A DNA stretch of 64,000 nt, from the NCBI RefSeq assembly GCF_009914755.1, contig NC_060926.1. One strand, 5' to 3'. The notes under the pieces are model-generated. The model was given only the letters and a program-made list of their open reading frames with translations, did no database searches and was not told where the DNA came from. Both the position numbers and the translations under genes were made by a program. Origin of the DNA: the human T2T-CHM13v2.0 reference genome, Homo sapiens. Each line of letters starts with the position of its first letter. Within the stretch, counting starts at the first letter, position 1. Shown piece after piece: positions 14,573 through 27,930 of the stretch.

Positions 14573-14705
14573 AGCCAGGCATGGTGGCTCATGCCTGTAA
14601 TTTCAGTGATTTGGGAGACCAAGGCAGATGGAATGCTTGAAGCTAGAAGTTTAAGACCAGCTTGGGCAACATAGTGAGACCCTGTCTCTACAATTAAAAA
14701 AAAAA
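14573..14705 (+). mobile_element. FLAM_C-like Alu monomer
   Basis: Left-arm monomer with A tail; TSD-like gaaat(t/c)tgtc flanks. Confidence 0.88.
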
Positions 14706-14769
14706 TGAAATCTGTCCATTTCATCTAACTTATCAAACTTGTGGGCATAGACTTATCCATAATATTTAT

Positions 14770-16070
14770 TTATTAAATTGTGGTAAAATATACATGAAAT
14801 AAATTTACCATTCTAACTCTTTTATTTATTTATGTAGAGATAAGATCTCACCCTGTTGCCCAGGCTAAAGTGCAGTGGTGCAATCATGCCTCACTGCAGC
14901 CTTGAACTCCAGGACTCAAGAGAGCCTCCTGCATCAGCCCCCAAATAGCTGGGACCATAGGTGTGTGCTACCATGCCCAGCTAATTTTTAAATTTTTTGT
15001 AGAGAAGAGGTCTCACTATGTTGCCTAGGCTGGTCTTGAACTCCTGGGCTCAAGCAGTCCTCCCACCTCGGCTTCCCAAAGTGCTGGGATTACAGGCAAA
15101 AGCCACTGCACCTGGCCCTCTTTTTAATTTTTAGTTGTGGTAAAAAAACACATAAAATTGACTATCTTAAACATTTTTAAGTGCACAGTTCAGTAATGTT
15201 AAATATATTCACATTTTGTAAAACGATCCCTATCTTCCATCTCAAAAACTTTTTTCATCTTCCCAAATTGAAACTCTACACCCATTTAACAATAGTTCGC
15301 CATTGCCTTCTCCTCCGAGCTTTTGGCAACCATCATTTTACCTTCTGTCTCTGAATTTGACTGTTCTATTCACCTCATATATGTGGAATTATACAGTATT
15401 TGTCCTTTTATGACTCAGGCTTATTCACTTAGCATAATGTCTTCAAATTTAACCCACATTGTAGCATGTATCTGAATTTCATTCTGTTTTAAGGTTGAAT
15501 AATATTCCATTGTATGTATATACCACAGTTTGTTTATTCATTTATCCACCAATGGGAACTTGGGTTGCTTCCACTTTTTGACTATTATGAATAATAGTCT
15601 ATGAACAACAATATTCCTCTATGTCTACCTTTATGCCAGTATCACACTATTTTGATTACTGTAACTTTGAAATAAAGACACAACTTTCAACTTTGTTCTT
15701 TTACAAGATTGATTTGGCTATATGTGGTCCCTTGGAATTTGATATGAATTTTAGAATGCATTTTTTATTTCTGCAAAAATTCATTGGAATATCTATAGGG
15801 ATTACATTCAATGTGTAGATTGCCTTTGGGAGTATTAACATCTTAACAATATCAACTCTTCCAACTTATTAATCACAGGATTTTTTTTTACAATTTATTA
15901 GTGTCTTCTCTAATATATTTAAGCAACATTTTGTATTTTTTACTATACAAATCTTTTGCCTCCTCAGTTATATTAATTCCTAAGTGTTTTTGTTGTTTTT
16001 GGCTGAGGGACATGCTATTGTAAATTGAATTATTTTCTTAATTTACTGTTTGGATTATTAATTGCTCATA
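14770..16070 (-). mobile_element. L1MB-like fragments (3'UTR then ORF2) interrupted by AluJ
   Basis: 'ttgtggtaaaa...acataaaatt', 'ggcaaccatcatt', then jump near 15610 to ORF2 antisense 'tatgccagtatcacact'. Confidence 0.8.
14820..15117 (-). mobile_element. AluJ
   Basis: J-type dimer in reverse orientation ('tcactgcagccttgaactcc'). Confidence 0.93.
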
Positions 16071-16074
16071 GGTG

Positions 16075-16530
16075 GTTTTCTACAAAAAGTTCACAAGAAG
16101 GAATAAAAAAATTTAGCCTTGTTTAAAGATAGCATTGTTCAGAAGCAGACTGTGACTACATTACACCCCGACACAGGGTAGTGGGGAAGGGAAATTAGGC
16201 CTAGTGAATATCTCAAGTCCGGAATTAGAAGCAGTACTTCTAGTTGTCTCCTTTATTCTGGAGTAAGATATCAGATGAGAAGTATGAATCTACACTGATC
16301 AATGGACAGTGGCTAACAATTTATAGAGGGTCAGGGACTTCAAGTGATTAAGATTATTGATGAAGAGGTTATTGTCCAGAAGGTGTAAAGGAGAAGTATG
16401 TAGCTGGCTTTTTGAGGAAGAAGGATGTTAATGCTCAGATAGAGAAGACTTGTTTTGTGAATGTTATTTAGCTTCTTTCTTATGATCCCTTAGTGCTTGC
16501 TTGAGCAAGGGTAAATAAAATAGCAAAAAC
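16075..16530 (+). mobile_element. Degenerate ERVL internal fragment (pol, RNase H region)
   Basis: Resembles ERVL pol DNA: 'gtggggaagggaaat', 'tacactgatcaatggacagtggctaa' (YTDSWAVAN-like), 'ggtcagggactt', 'agaagtatgtag'. Confidence 0.65.
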
Positions 16531-18392
16531 GTAGGAATAAGAGGTTATGTATGTTGGATTAGTTAGAGTAGGTTAGACAGTGATAACAAGCAGATCTCAG
16601 ATTTACAATGACCCAAACATAATAAAAATGTGTTTGTTGTGTTCATCACCATTCAAGACACATTTTTTTTTCTTGTAGGTAGGTGGCCCAGGCTCGTAAA
16701 AGACTTCCATGTTTACTAGAATGTCTGCTAACATTTTCTAGTGAATATGTAAAAGAATATGGTCGGGGCAGTCTATTGAAACAGCAACAGAATGCTATAG
16801 TTACCAAGCAAATAGAGAGAGAATTAAAATTTGCCTAGAGTCCTGCAAAAATTGTTATTCACTAGGAGTGACATGTTGGAAATTATTTCTGATATGTTTT
16901 GAGGCTTTTACTCTTCGTAAATATCCAGCCAATGTCTTTGGCATTTGAAAGTATTCCTAGAACCCTGAAAGGCTAATAATTATTGGTATAAGGGTGATTT
17001 GTTTACATGACCATCTTATCTGCTGGACTGTGTACTCCCCTAGGACAATGACCATTTTATTTGTCTTTGATTTCCAGTTTCTTAGATAGTGCCTACTAAA
17101 GCAAAGGTGCAATAAATTAGGTGAATCCACCCTAAGGGAATTTTGTATTCCTTTCAAAGAATGTGCATGGACAAAAGTAGCAAGTCATCAGACTGAGAAG
17201 GCTAGAACTAATATTGAAAACAGAATCCTGAAGTCTTTATTTCCATGCTGTCAACACATGCTATAGCAGCAGTTCTGCATTTGACTCGAGTTGAGTTAAA
17301 TCTGGGCAGGGCATAGGAGACTGCTTCGTGATGAATATTTAATTCATGATAGAAAATCGCTTTAGTCTCTGGGTGAGGTGTATGAGGAGTAACATGAAAA
17401 ACAATGAAAATAAATAAATCTATTTGGTATACTCATCTTTTCATAAGACGCAAAAAAAAAAGCACTTTAAATCACAGTGCATGGGAAACTGCTAAAAAAG
17501 TAGAAAGAAAAAAGAGCTTACTATATGCATTAGGCAAATTCAATTTGCACATAAATTAGAAACTTGAGTAGCAACAACTCAAAGAGTGGTGAAGAAAAGC
17601 TACTGTATCAGCAGGTTTACAATCTAGCCAGTTTGGTATCTTGACTGAGTTATAAATAATGAAACCTCAATCTGTTCTTCAAATATATTTTATGAATAGT
17701 TTAGAATTTTTAGAGCACGCGTCATAGGTTCAGAAATAAAGTCTAATTAGCTAAAGGGAAATGTACTAGCATAAAAACATTCTGACTTCATAAAAATTTC
17801 TTCTGTGTGCTGATTAAAATGGGTCACGCTCACACCTAGAAAATGCTGCTAATTTTTAGAGATGTATTTAGTTTCGGGTTAAAGGTTTGTCATAAACTAT
17901 GTAAGCCACTTGGAGAGAGACGTTTTCTTTTATGGCTTTCATATGACACGATCAATATTTTCTTAGTCCTTGTTTATTTGTCAGAAGTACAGACAGATAA
18001 GTCTTGCATTTTTCAAAAACAGATTCCAATTTCTTCTTTGATATTATTTCTGAAAGAAATCCTGTATAAAGTAAGATGTTTAAATTCCTATAGCTTATGA
18101 ATGAAATCATAATTATCTTTTTAATCTTTTGATCTAGTAAGAAAACACACACAAACAAAAGCCCAAACTGATAATACAGCATTCAGAATTCAAATAAGGA
18201 AAGTAGTATAGAGATCAAACCACAGCAGGACAGAATGGCTTGGTATGGTTCTAAGGGAGTAGTAAATAGCATGAGTCACATTTTATTTCTCAGTGGAGTG
18301 TCTTTGATTTAGAAAGTGTGACTTCCTATGCTTAAGAAAATGCTAGAAGAGAATTACAATAATTTATGCCAGGCAAGATACAGAAAATTTCG

Positions 18393-18935
18393 ATATGGTA
18401 GATATTGCTGGCTGTTCACCAATACATGTTTCCTCTTTTTCCTGGACCCAGAGCTAGACTACATTTCTAAGCCTGTCTTGCAGTTAGGTATGGGCGTGTG
18501 ACTTCATTCTAACCAATGAACTGTGAGTGATAGCTCCAGGCAAGGCCCACAAAACTTCCTATATGGGCTCCTCCACACTCTCTCCCCTTCTGCCTAGTGA
18601 ATGGAGATGATGATAAGATATCTAGGAGAGCAGGGAGCCACAAGATGGAAAGATTATCAACTGAATCACCATGTAAAAGACAACTCCCTGCTGATAAAGA
18701 AGACGTCTGTCTCAAACTATTAGAGAGTGAGAAACAAATTTTATTGTGTTTGAGTCCATCTCTGTGTCTTTCTCTCCATGTATACATGTACATATTCTAC
18801 TAGAATATATATATTCTAGTAGAATATGCATGTATGAATAGACACATAATAGAATATATATATATGTACATTTCGTAGAATAGTGGAATATACATATATA
18901 TGCTGTTAGTTTCAGTATTAGTCTATACTAATATA
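18393..18935 (+). mobile_element. MLT1 (I/J-like) solo LTR with AT-rich insertion
   Basis: 'agactacattt...cttgcagttaggtatgggcgtgtgact...ccaatg' and 'gagagtgagaaacaaattttattgtgtt'. Confidence 0.8.
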
Positions 18936-20048
18936 TCTGGTATATACAAGAATAATAATTTTCTTGTATCTTAATTTATTGGGAAATAGAAAGTAAAATA
19001 GTTAGGAAAAAAAACCTTATAGGTTGGGCTGTACCCATGTGCATTTTTATAAGGCAAACTCTGCAGGTTTCACTGGGAGTCCCTTACTTAATGCTTTATA
19101 AATACAAATTTTAGCCTTGGTCAGATAGGTGATAAAGTTTGGAGCACCGGAAGAATATATGCTCTGGAACACAGGGTGACTTAACAGTATGGTATCTAGA
19201 TTTCTCAGTTGCTAGTCTCCTATTTTATTTCCTAAGATGTCCCGGTTTTGAGAGCTTTGGCCCTGTCCTAACTATAATTTAAAGACCCATTCAAAAAGCA
19301 ACAAGGAAAATAGTTTCTCTTTTGTAGAAAACTCTTACACATCTCCATTTGTATGCAATGTTTTTGTTTTCATGTATTTTTTTTGATGCTGTCACTGATA
19401 TGCTAATGATATGCTATTGCTATCTGGAATGCATTCAGCTACACACCACTGATTTCATTTTTGTGCAGAGAAGCAAAAACCTGAGACTTTAGTAATGATT
19501 ATAATCTTCTGCTCAGTGAAGAAAGGCTGGGAGGCACAGATTTAGATACATGTATACAAAAAAAAAAGAGATGGTGATAATCTTATTAACCTTGAATTTT
19601 TCATCTCCTTTGAGTCTTCATGTTGCAGAGTGAGAATTCTGGCAGGTGGTGGCCAAATTTTAATTTTGTTGTTGATTTACTACAAACTCAATACTCTTTC
19701 AGGAAATAAGAGGGGGAAATCCTTATATGGAAACAAATCAGAAACTGAAATTTCAAAAGCAATTTTTAAAAATTAGTTTGCTGCTAAGCAAAATAGAAAT
19801 TATTCTATTTCTTTTAATACTTGTTATAGAATTAAAACATATGACCATATGATGGAAATATACACACGTGCATGTGGGTTTATGTGTGTTTATGCATATT
19901 CTTCATTATTTAACATTTAATTTTTAAAACAATCCCCGAAGAAATGTTCATATTTTAGAAAAATGAGACACTATAGATATCCATGTGTTTCAGTAATTAT
20001 CCCTAAAGAAGTAGTGGAAAATGTTTTATGTCAATTTAAGAAAATCTG

Positions 20049-20213
20049 GGCTGGGCACGGTAGCGCATACCTGTAATCCCAGCACTTTGGGAGGCCAAAG
20101 TGGGAAGATCACTTGAGCCCAGAAGATTGAGGCTACAGTGAGCTATGACTGCACCACTGTACTCCAGTCTGGGTGACAGAGTGAGACTCTGTCTCCAAAG
20201 AAAAGGAAAAAAA
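20049..20213 (+). mobile_element. Monomeric Alu (FRAM or arm-recombined AluJ)
   Basis: One monomer with a left-arm-type start and the right-arm insert 'gaggctacagtgagctatga'. Confidence 0.88.
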
Positions 20214-20449
20214 GAGACATTTAATAAGAGCCAACTAGGCACTGAGCTAGCTGATGGAGAAATAGGTATGAATTAGACAATTAGACATACTCCATGGCTT
20301 CAAAGAGAGGTTCCATTTGACAAGTCAGAAGTGAATGGTAATTTGCAAGACAGTTTCTACCTTACTTGGGACAAGTGATCCCTTTCTTAGGATTTTGCCT
20401 ACACATCTGCTAAACTAAATATCAAATTTCCTTGTACTGAGAAGCTGCA

Positions 20450-20640
20450 TAAGCCATAGCTTTGGAATCAGAAACTCGAGTTCAAATTCTTGATTTCAAC
20501 ACATACAGCTCTGTTTTGAACAACCTCTGTGTAGGTAACATTACTTATCCCCCAATCTGCCTCAGGTTCCTCATCTGAAAATGTGTACAATAAGATAATC
20601 TAATATTATTATGAGTAAATAACTTAGCAAGTGCTATATT
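20450..20640 (+). mobile_element. MIR
   Basis: 'gctttggaatcaga...gttcaaattc' and core 'gcctcaggttcctcatctgaaaatg'. Confidence 0.75.
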
Positions 20641-22102
20641 TATGGTAGGTAATCAAAAATAATAGTGCTTGAAGGAAGAAGGAATATAAGCAATTTTAGA
20701 GCATTGTGCAAATAACTGAGAAAATTAATTTGTTTTTAGTACAAATTATACATACTGCATTTTCAACATGTATAGTTTCACACTACTCATAGAACTCTTT
20801 TGAAGCCAAAGAGCTCACCTTTCTAGAGGAAGATGTTGAGTTTCAGATGGGTTAAGATATTTACTCAAGATTATTGAATCCGTAAGTAGCAGGAATTGAT
20901 TGAGATTTTGATGCAAATATGTGTGATTCTACCGCACCTCACAGACTTCCTATAAAGTTAAATTGCTAACCAATGGTAAAGGTTTTTACCAGCAGTGAAA
21001 ATATTCATACAAATAGGTCTTTGAAAAAACACAAATATAACGAACTATCCAAGTCAAGCTCAAAATTATCTCATCTTTAAACTTAGATTCCTTAAATGTC
21101 AGTTTCCACTTAGGAACCATTGTTGGGTATGTTCCCAGGCAAGCAGAACTGGAGAGCTAGAGTTACTTTAAAAGTGTGTGCACGGCCCAACCTGTATTAC
21201 TGTGTGGGATGGTCTTGAGTAGAGCCTTCCTCTAATCTTTGACAGGACATGTACCCTGAGGCAGACAGTATAAGCCACTATTCATGGTTTCTATTTGTAC
21301 TTAAGTGTCTGGCTGAACAGTGACTGGGAGATAATAATCCAACTACCTACAGTTTATATGTGTGTTGCCGTGTGAGTCCTAGAGTAGAAGGAAGAGTAGC
21401 CCTGGGGTGGGGACTGGGGCTGTAAATTTGCCTTGGGAGAAATAATTTCCTTTGAGTGATGTCCACCAGCTTTACCCACACAGTTAGAAAATCTTATTTC
21501 TCTTTTTATCTCTCATTGTCCTTGCATTAAAATATTCCCTTTCCTAATCACCAATACCTCCACCATTTTATTTTGGACTGATAAAATTCCACTTACTCTT
21601 TCTATAAAAGAAAGCATTTCTGTCTTTAATTAAGGTGGTGAATTATTGCTTAAGGGGTGGTTTTCTGGTTGAGAAAAGGAGCTAACACTCAAATTATTAA
21701 GATATGGTAGTAATTGAACAGAGAATGATGTTTTAATTCCTTACTACTAGGTTTTATTAATACTTAAAGTCCTAAACATTTAATAGGGAAACAAGTCTAC
21801 TGCCTACTCCTAAAATTCATTGAAATTCACAAAAACAAAGACTAGAGTACCTAACAATTGTCTAAAAGGGATTGTTAGATCTTTTCTAAAGGATATTTTG
21901 GGATCCTTAAACCACGAAAGTGGCTCTTATGTTTCACCAGGCAGCCTCTCACTAGTTATTTACCTCAAATTAGAGATTTCTTAAAATTCTTTGTAAAATT
22001 GTGCAGGTGCAGGTTGAGACAAGTGGCATTTAGCAATTTCACTGTGGAGCACATTTTCCAACACTAAAAATGATGGCAAATGTGTATACATAATGATTTT
22101 GA

Positions 22103-22269
22103 GCAGTTCTATCCAATTGAGCTTTCTGAGATGAAGGAAATATCCAATATGGTAGCCACTAGCCACATGCTGAGCACTTGAAATATAGCTAATGTGATTC
22201 TAATTTAATTTTAATTTTAATTCAATTTCAATTTAAATAGCTGGTGGTTTCTGTATTGGATAGTGCAGC
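22103..22269. mobile_element. MER3 hAT-Charlie element
   Basis: 'tccaatatggtagccactagccacatg...gagcacttgaaat' with ends tccaat / attggatagtgcag. Confidence 0.85.
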
Positions 22270-23230
22270 TTTAGAGAGATCACTGACGTTGTTTTGTCAT
22301 TGCTTTGTAGTGATTTAAAGAGATCATAAGATTGAGGTAATAGGCCTTAAACTCTAGGAGATTATGACAGCAGCCATTTCACCTGCAGCTTGTAGTACTT
22401 ACTTTGAATATTTCTTTTTAGATTGAAACTTCTTAATAATTCCAAAGTAGAAAAGAATGTGTTCTTTGTTTAAATATGTCCATTTAAGAAAATTGTTGCT
22501 ACCATTTTCTAGTTTATTTTAAATACTTTAGCCTATCATTCATTTCTTGTCAGGGATAAATTTGGTTTTAGATTTCTATCCAATGATGGGAAGTCATGCC
22601 TCACAGATCTGACAGGTTTCACATGAGAGCATGTTGACATATTTATTGGCTACAATGAGTATAATAAAATGGGCAAAATGAACAAAAGATAAGGTAGTTC
22701 ATGCAGCATGTAGTCCCATTATTTTGCAATATAAAAAACCCTAATCTCATTGCAGATCAAAAAGCATTTCACAAATTCCCCAAACAAACATAAATAAGAG
22801 AAGAAACATAAAACTACATAACTCCATGAAATAATGTTCAGCAGCAGTGGGAAATGTAATGTTCAGATTAAGTCATTAGGTTGAACAGAATCAGTGCATG
22901 AAGAAGTCAAAAGTTATAAGAAACCCGCCATCTGCCTCTATTTAGAATTCGCTTATACACCTACATTGAGAGACTTGTCTGCCCATGAAGCTGCAAACTG
23001 CATGTGTCCTGGATGTAACAGAGACACAAGAAGCTGTATGTGAGAAATGTGCCAGTCCCACTGCTCTGAAGAAATTCCTGTCTCATAGGGAGATTGGACC
23101 TGAATCACTGTTGACTATGTGAAGTGAATAAAGGATGAAAAATCAAGGGAAACAAAGTTCTTTGAACTGGAGTAATCCATACACAGGTGTAGACCTATAT
23201 CCAATAAAGTATTAAACAACAATAACCGAT

Positions 23231-23268
23231 ACACACATGCATACACATAACACACACACACACACACA
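23231..23268 (+). repeat. (CA)n microsatellite, interrupted
   Basis: CA repeats seen directly. Confidence 0.9.
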
Positions 23269-23894
23269 GAACTGTAAAATGAAAACCAGTCTGTACTCAG
23301 ATAAGTTTTTTAGACCTCCCTTAAGTGATAACTGAATCTAATGTTATAATCAAAAGAATAGAGAGGACAATGGTTTTACATATTTTATTCAGAAGTTTAT
23401 TAGTTGATATCCCTCGATTAGACTTTTCTGAAGTCTCTTTTGAAGGTAGTTGGAAATAAACCATAAATGAGTGGAATAAATGAGAACATGTTCTTTGAAA
23501 TAAAAATGGAAAGAAATATCTGAATAATTTTGGTCATAAGCTGTTTTTACTTCAACTTGCTAATCACTCATTTCTTTCATTAACATGCTGTGTACACAGC
23601 ATAACTTACGTATATTAAAGTTACAGATAAGCCAGTGGATATGACTGTGGGAAGTAGCATCTTAATGTGGAAAACAATCTTATCTTTTATTTTTATTTCT
23701 GTTCCCTTGTAATTTTTATTTGACAGTGTTCCTTGATGAAAATTCTTTTTAGTGACTCCTGGTCACTAATTTTTTCAAACTTTTCATTCAAAAAGAAGAG
23801 TGCAGAAAACTGACCAGAAGCAATTACTTCATGAAGTATGCTTATTTCTGCGGTAAGCTGCAGGAAATAAAGCTAGAAAGCTTTTCCTTGAATC

Positions 23895-25995
23895 ATTATT
23901 ATTTTTATTGTGGTAAAAACCATATAACATAAATTTTATCATTTTAACAATTTTAAAGTGTACAAGGTGGGCCGGGCGCGGTGGCTCACGCCTGTAATCC
24001 CAGCACTTTGGGAGGCCGAGGTGGGTGGATCACGAGGTCAGGAGATCGGGACCATCCTGGCTAACACGGTGAAACCCCGTCTCTACTAACAATACCAAAA
24101 AAATTAGCCGGGCGCGGTGGTGGGCGCCTGTAGTCCCAGCTGAGGCAGGAGAATGGCGTGAACCCGGGAGGCGGAGCTTGCGGTGAGCTGAGATCGCACC
24201 ACTGCACTCTAGCCTGGGCGACAGAGCGAGACTCCGTCTCAAAAAAAAAAAAAAAAAAAAAAAAAGTATACAAGGTGGTAGTGTTATGTATGTTTACATT
24301 GTTGTGCGACAGATCTCTAGAACTTTTTTATCTTGTGAAACTGAAACTCTATAGCCATTAAACTAATTTCTCCTTTCTTCTCCCCCAGTCCTTGGCAACC
24401 ACCTTTCTACTTTCGGTCTCTATGATTTGGACTACTTTAGATAAGTGGTATAAGTGGAATCACATGGCGTTTGTCCTTCTGTGACTGGTTTATTTCACTT
24501 AGCATATGTCCTTAGGGTTCATTCATATTGTTGCGTATGACAGAATTTCCTTTTTAAAATGCTGCATAACACTCCATTGTGTATATACCACATTTTCTTT
24601 ATCCATGTATCTGTTGATGGAGATTTGGTTTGCTTCCACTTTTAGCTATCGTGAATAAAGCTGCAATGAAGAGGGGTGTGCAAATATCTCTTTGAGATCC
24701 TGCTTTGAATTCTTTTGGATTCAAAATATATACCCAGAACTGAGATTGCTGGATACATGGTAATCCTATTTTAAATTTTTTGAGGAACCTCCAATCTGTA
24801 ATTTCTATATAGCTGTACTATTTTACACTCCCACCAATAGTGCACAAGGGTTGTAATTTCTCCACATCTTCACCGGCACTTGTTATTTTCTGTTCCTTTG
24901 ATAGTGTCAATTCTAATGGGTGTGAAGTGATACCTCATTGTGATTTTAGTTTGCATTTCTCTTATTATTAGTGATGCTGAGCATCTTTTTATAGGCTTAT
25001 TGGCCATTTGCATGTCTTCTTTGGAGAATTGTCTATTCACGTCCTTAGCCCATTTTTAAATTGGGTGATTTGTTTTTTTTGTGGTTGAGTTGTAGAAGTT
25101 CCTTATATATTCTGGGTATTAACCCTATAACAAATACATGACTTGCAAATATTTTTTCGCATTCCATAGGTTGCTCTTTTTCTTCACTGATTGATTCCTT
25201 TGATAGCTTTTAGTTTGATATAGTCCCATTTATCTGTTTTTTTTTTCTTTTACTGCCTGTGATTTTGTCATATGTGTCATATCCAAAAAATTATGTCACA
25301 TCCAATGTCTTGAGACTCTCTATGTTTTGCTTTAGGAGTTTTGTAGCTTTTCGGCTTATATTTCACTCATTTTGAGTTAATTTTTGTGTATAATGTTAAG
25401 GGTCCGAAATAATTATTTTGCAAATGGATATCCAGTTTTTCCAATACTACTCGTCAAAGACACTGTCCTTTCCCCATTGTGTAGTGTTGGCATCCTTGTT
25501 GAATATCATTTGGCCATATATATAAGGGTTTGTTTCTGGCCTCTCTATTCTGTTCCATTGATCCAGATATTTGACTTTATGCCAGTATTACATCATCTGG
25601 ATTACTGTTGCTTTGTTGTATGTTTTGAAATCAGGAAGGGTGAGGCCTCCACATTTTCCTTCTTTTCCAGATTGTTTTAGTTATTTGGGGTCCCTTAACA
25701 ATCCATATGAATATTAGGAATTTTTTTTCTATTTTTACAAAAAATGTCATTGGGATTTTTATAGGGATTACATTGAAATTTTAGGTAGCTGTGGGTAGTA
25801 TAGACATTTTAATAATATTAAATCTTGCAATCCATGAGCATGAGATTTACTTGTATCTTTTAAAATTTATTTTAGCAGTGTTTTATAGTTTTCAGTGTGT
25901 AATTTATATACTCCTTTGGTTAAATTCATTCCTAAGTTCTTTATCTTTTTTCATGCTATAGTAAATGGGATTGTTTTCTTTATTTCTTTTTAGGA
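23895..25995 (-). mobile_element. L1MB-like 3' ~1.8 kb, interrupted by AluY
   Basis: 3' end 'tttttattgtggtaaaaaccatataacataaa' followed by antisense ORF2 motifs. Confidence 0.9.
23970..24262 (+). mobile_element. AluY with internal 12-bp deletion
   Basis: 'gatcacgaggtcaggagatcg', 'gaatggcgtgaacccggg'; TSD aaagt(g/a)tacaaggtg on both sides. Confidence 0.96.
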
Positions 25996-26010
25996 TTGAC
26001 TCTCCTCCGA

Positions 26011-26310
26011 TTTTTTTTTTTTTTTTTTTTTTTTTAGAACAGAGTCTTGCCCTGTTGCCCAGGCTGTAGTACAGAGGCATGATCAGGTGGCCTTCACTTC
26101 CTAGGCTCAGGCAATCCTGGTGCCTTTGCCACCTGAGTGACTGAAACTACAGGCACAGGCCACCACACCTGGCTAATTTTTTTGATTTTTAGAAGAGATG
26201 AGGTCTTGCTATGTTGCCCAGGCTGTTCTTGAACTCCTGAGCTCAAGTGATCCTTCTGCTTCAGGTTCCAAAAGTGCTGTGATTACAGGCATGAGTCACC
26301 TTGCTCGGCC
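26011..26310 (-). mobile_element. AluJ
   Basis: Poly-T plus diverged dimer. Confidence 0.92.
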
Positions 26311-26836
26311 TTTGAATTCTTAAGTAGGCAACTTAATGTTCCAATATGAAAATAAGCAGCTGACCATCTTAAATTCTTCATTAACAAGGCAAGAAGTCAG
26401 AACAAAAGACATTATTTTATCACCAGTGCAGCTCCTTCAGTATTGGATATTCTGATTTAAATACAGGGAAAAGATTTTTAAAAATACTTCATAGTGTTTG
26501 CTATATACTGGAAGACAAACATGATTATTATCATTTTCAGTGAAAACTGCATTAGAAATCAAGAATCTGATTAAAAATTGTTTTTCATTATAACATGGTG
26601 AACATCACAGACCTTCTAGAAAATGATATACTGAATTAATCATGCCATATTAATAATAATTATTGATTAATATATATAATAGTGCAAAATATAATGTGTA
26701 CTTTGCACTAATGCTGTATCTATTTATATAGAACTGTCATGTTATTTTTTTTCTGAATTTAAATGGTAAACTATCTTTAAAGGCATAAATTTCTGTCAGT
26801 GAAAACATCCTAAAATTTTATTCATTTGATGATCTA

Positions 26837-27272
26837 CAGACCGTCACAGACTTACAGCGGTTTGGCTTAGATTTTTTTGACTTTATAATAGTATGAAAGT
26901 AATATGCATTTACTAAAAGCTATATTTCAAATTTGCAATTTTGATCTCTTCTTGGGCTAGCAATATGCCCAAGAGAGTAGCACAGTATGCTGTGATACTC
27001 TCTCTCATGCTGAGCAGCAGCAGTGGGCCGCTACTTCCAGTCTGCCACATGATCACAAGGATAAACAACAGATATATTCTACAGTGCGCTGTGTTGCCAG
27101 ATGATTTTCTCCATCTGTAGGCTAATACAATTGTTCTAAGCACATTTAAGACAGGTAAGATGGAGCTATGACATTCGGTAGGTTAGATGTATTAAATGCT
27201 TTTTCAATGTAACAGTATTTTCAACTTATGGATTTATCAGGGTGAACTCCACTGTAAGTTAAGGAGCATTTG
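26837..27272 (-). mobile_element. MER47-family TcMar-Tigger element
   Basis: TIRs cagaccgtcacagacttac / gtaagttaaggagcatttg; TA on both flanks; 'ttcggtaggttagatgtattaaatgc'. Confidence 0.85.
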
Positions 27273-27277
27273 TATAT

Positions 27278-27930
27278 CTTTATTGCATCTCTACCACATG
27301 CTGCTGAAAAAGATAGACTAAATACCTGCTTCTAGCAGACCTTTTTGCTAGTGAAGGCAAAAACAGAGAACAAACCAGTAAACAAATTGTCTGAGTAAGA
27401 CAACTTCAGATTATAAGTTCCATGACTGAAATATTGTAGGGGGATGGGATAAAAAGAGATTGCAGGAATGAGAAGTAATTGGTTTTGGTGGGGAGAAGCA
27501 GTTTTCCTGAAAAGAGAGCATTCTAGAGAAGATGGGAAGAAAAAAAAAAGAGACATAATCATTTCAAGATTTGGGAACAGGATGCACCTGCACAAGGGAA
27601 TGAATAAGAGTGCAAATCTCTAGCCATCAAAGACCTTGCACATTCAACACAAATGAATTTGGTGTCGCTGGAATTAAGCAAATAAAAAGAATGGTAGGAA
27701 TTGAGACCAGAGTGATGCAGGGATCAGTTTCTGCAAGGCTCTGTAGACCATGGTGAGCAGTTTGAATTTAAGTATAATCAGAAGCCACTGGAGAGTTTTA
27801 GGCTTGTCTGTGGAAATGAAATGATATAAGCTGTATGGTCAAAAGAAAATATTGACTGTTGAACAGAGAATAAATGCAAGGACCAAGCATGGACATAGTT
27901 AGAACCGATGGTGGCTTTAATGAGGCTAGG
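27278..27930 (-). mobile_element. L2 relic
   Basis: Purine-rich antisense L2 motifs 'tgtagaccatggtgagcagtttgaattt', 'gaagccactggagagttttag', 'gatggtggctt'. Confidence 0.75.

Noticed and set aside
21403-21420. G-rich ggggtggggactgggg as a G-quadruplex
   Set aside because: Only three closely spaced G-tracts.
22926-22940. cgccatctgcc as a CTCF or YY1 site
   Set aside because: Only a partial match, with no other support.
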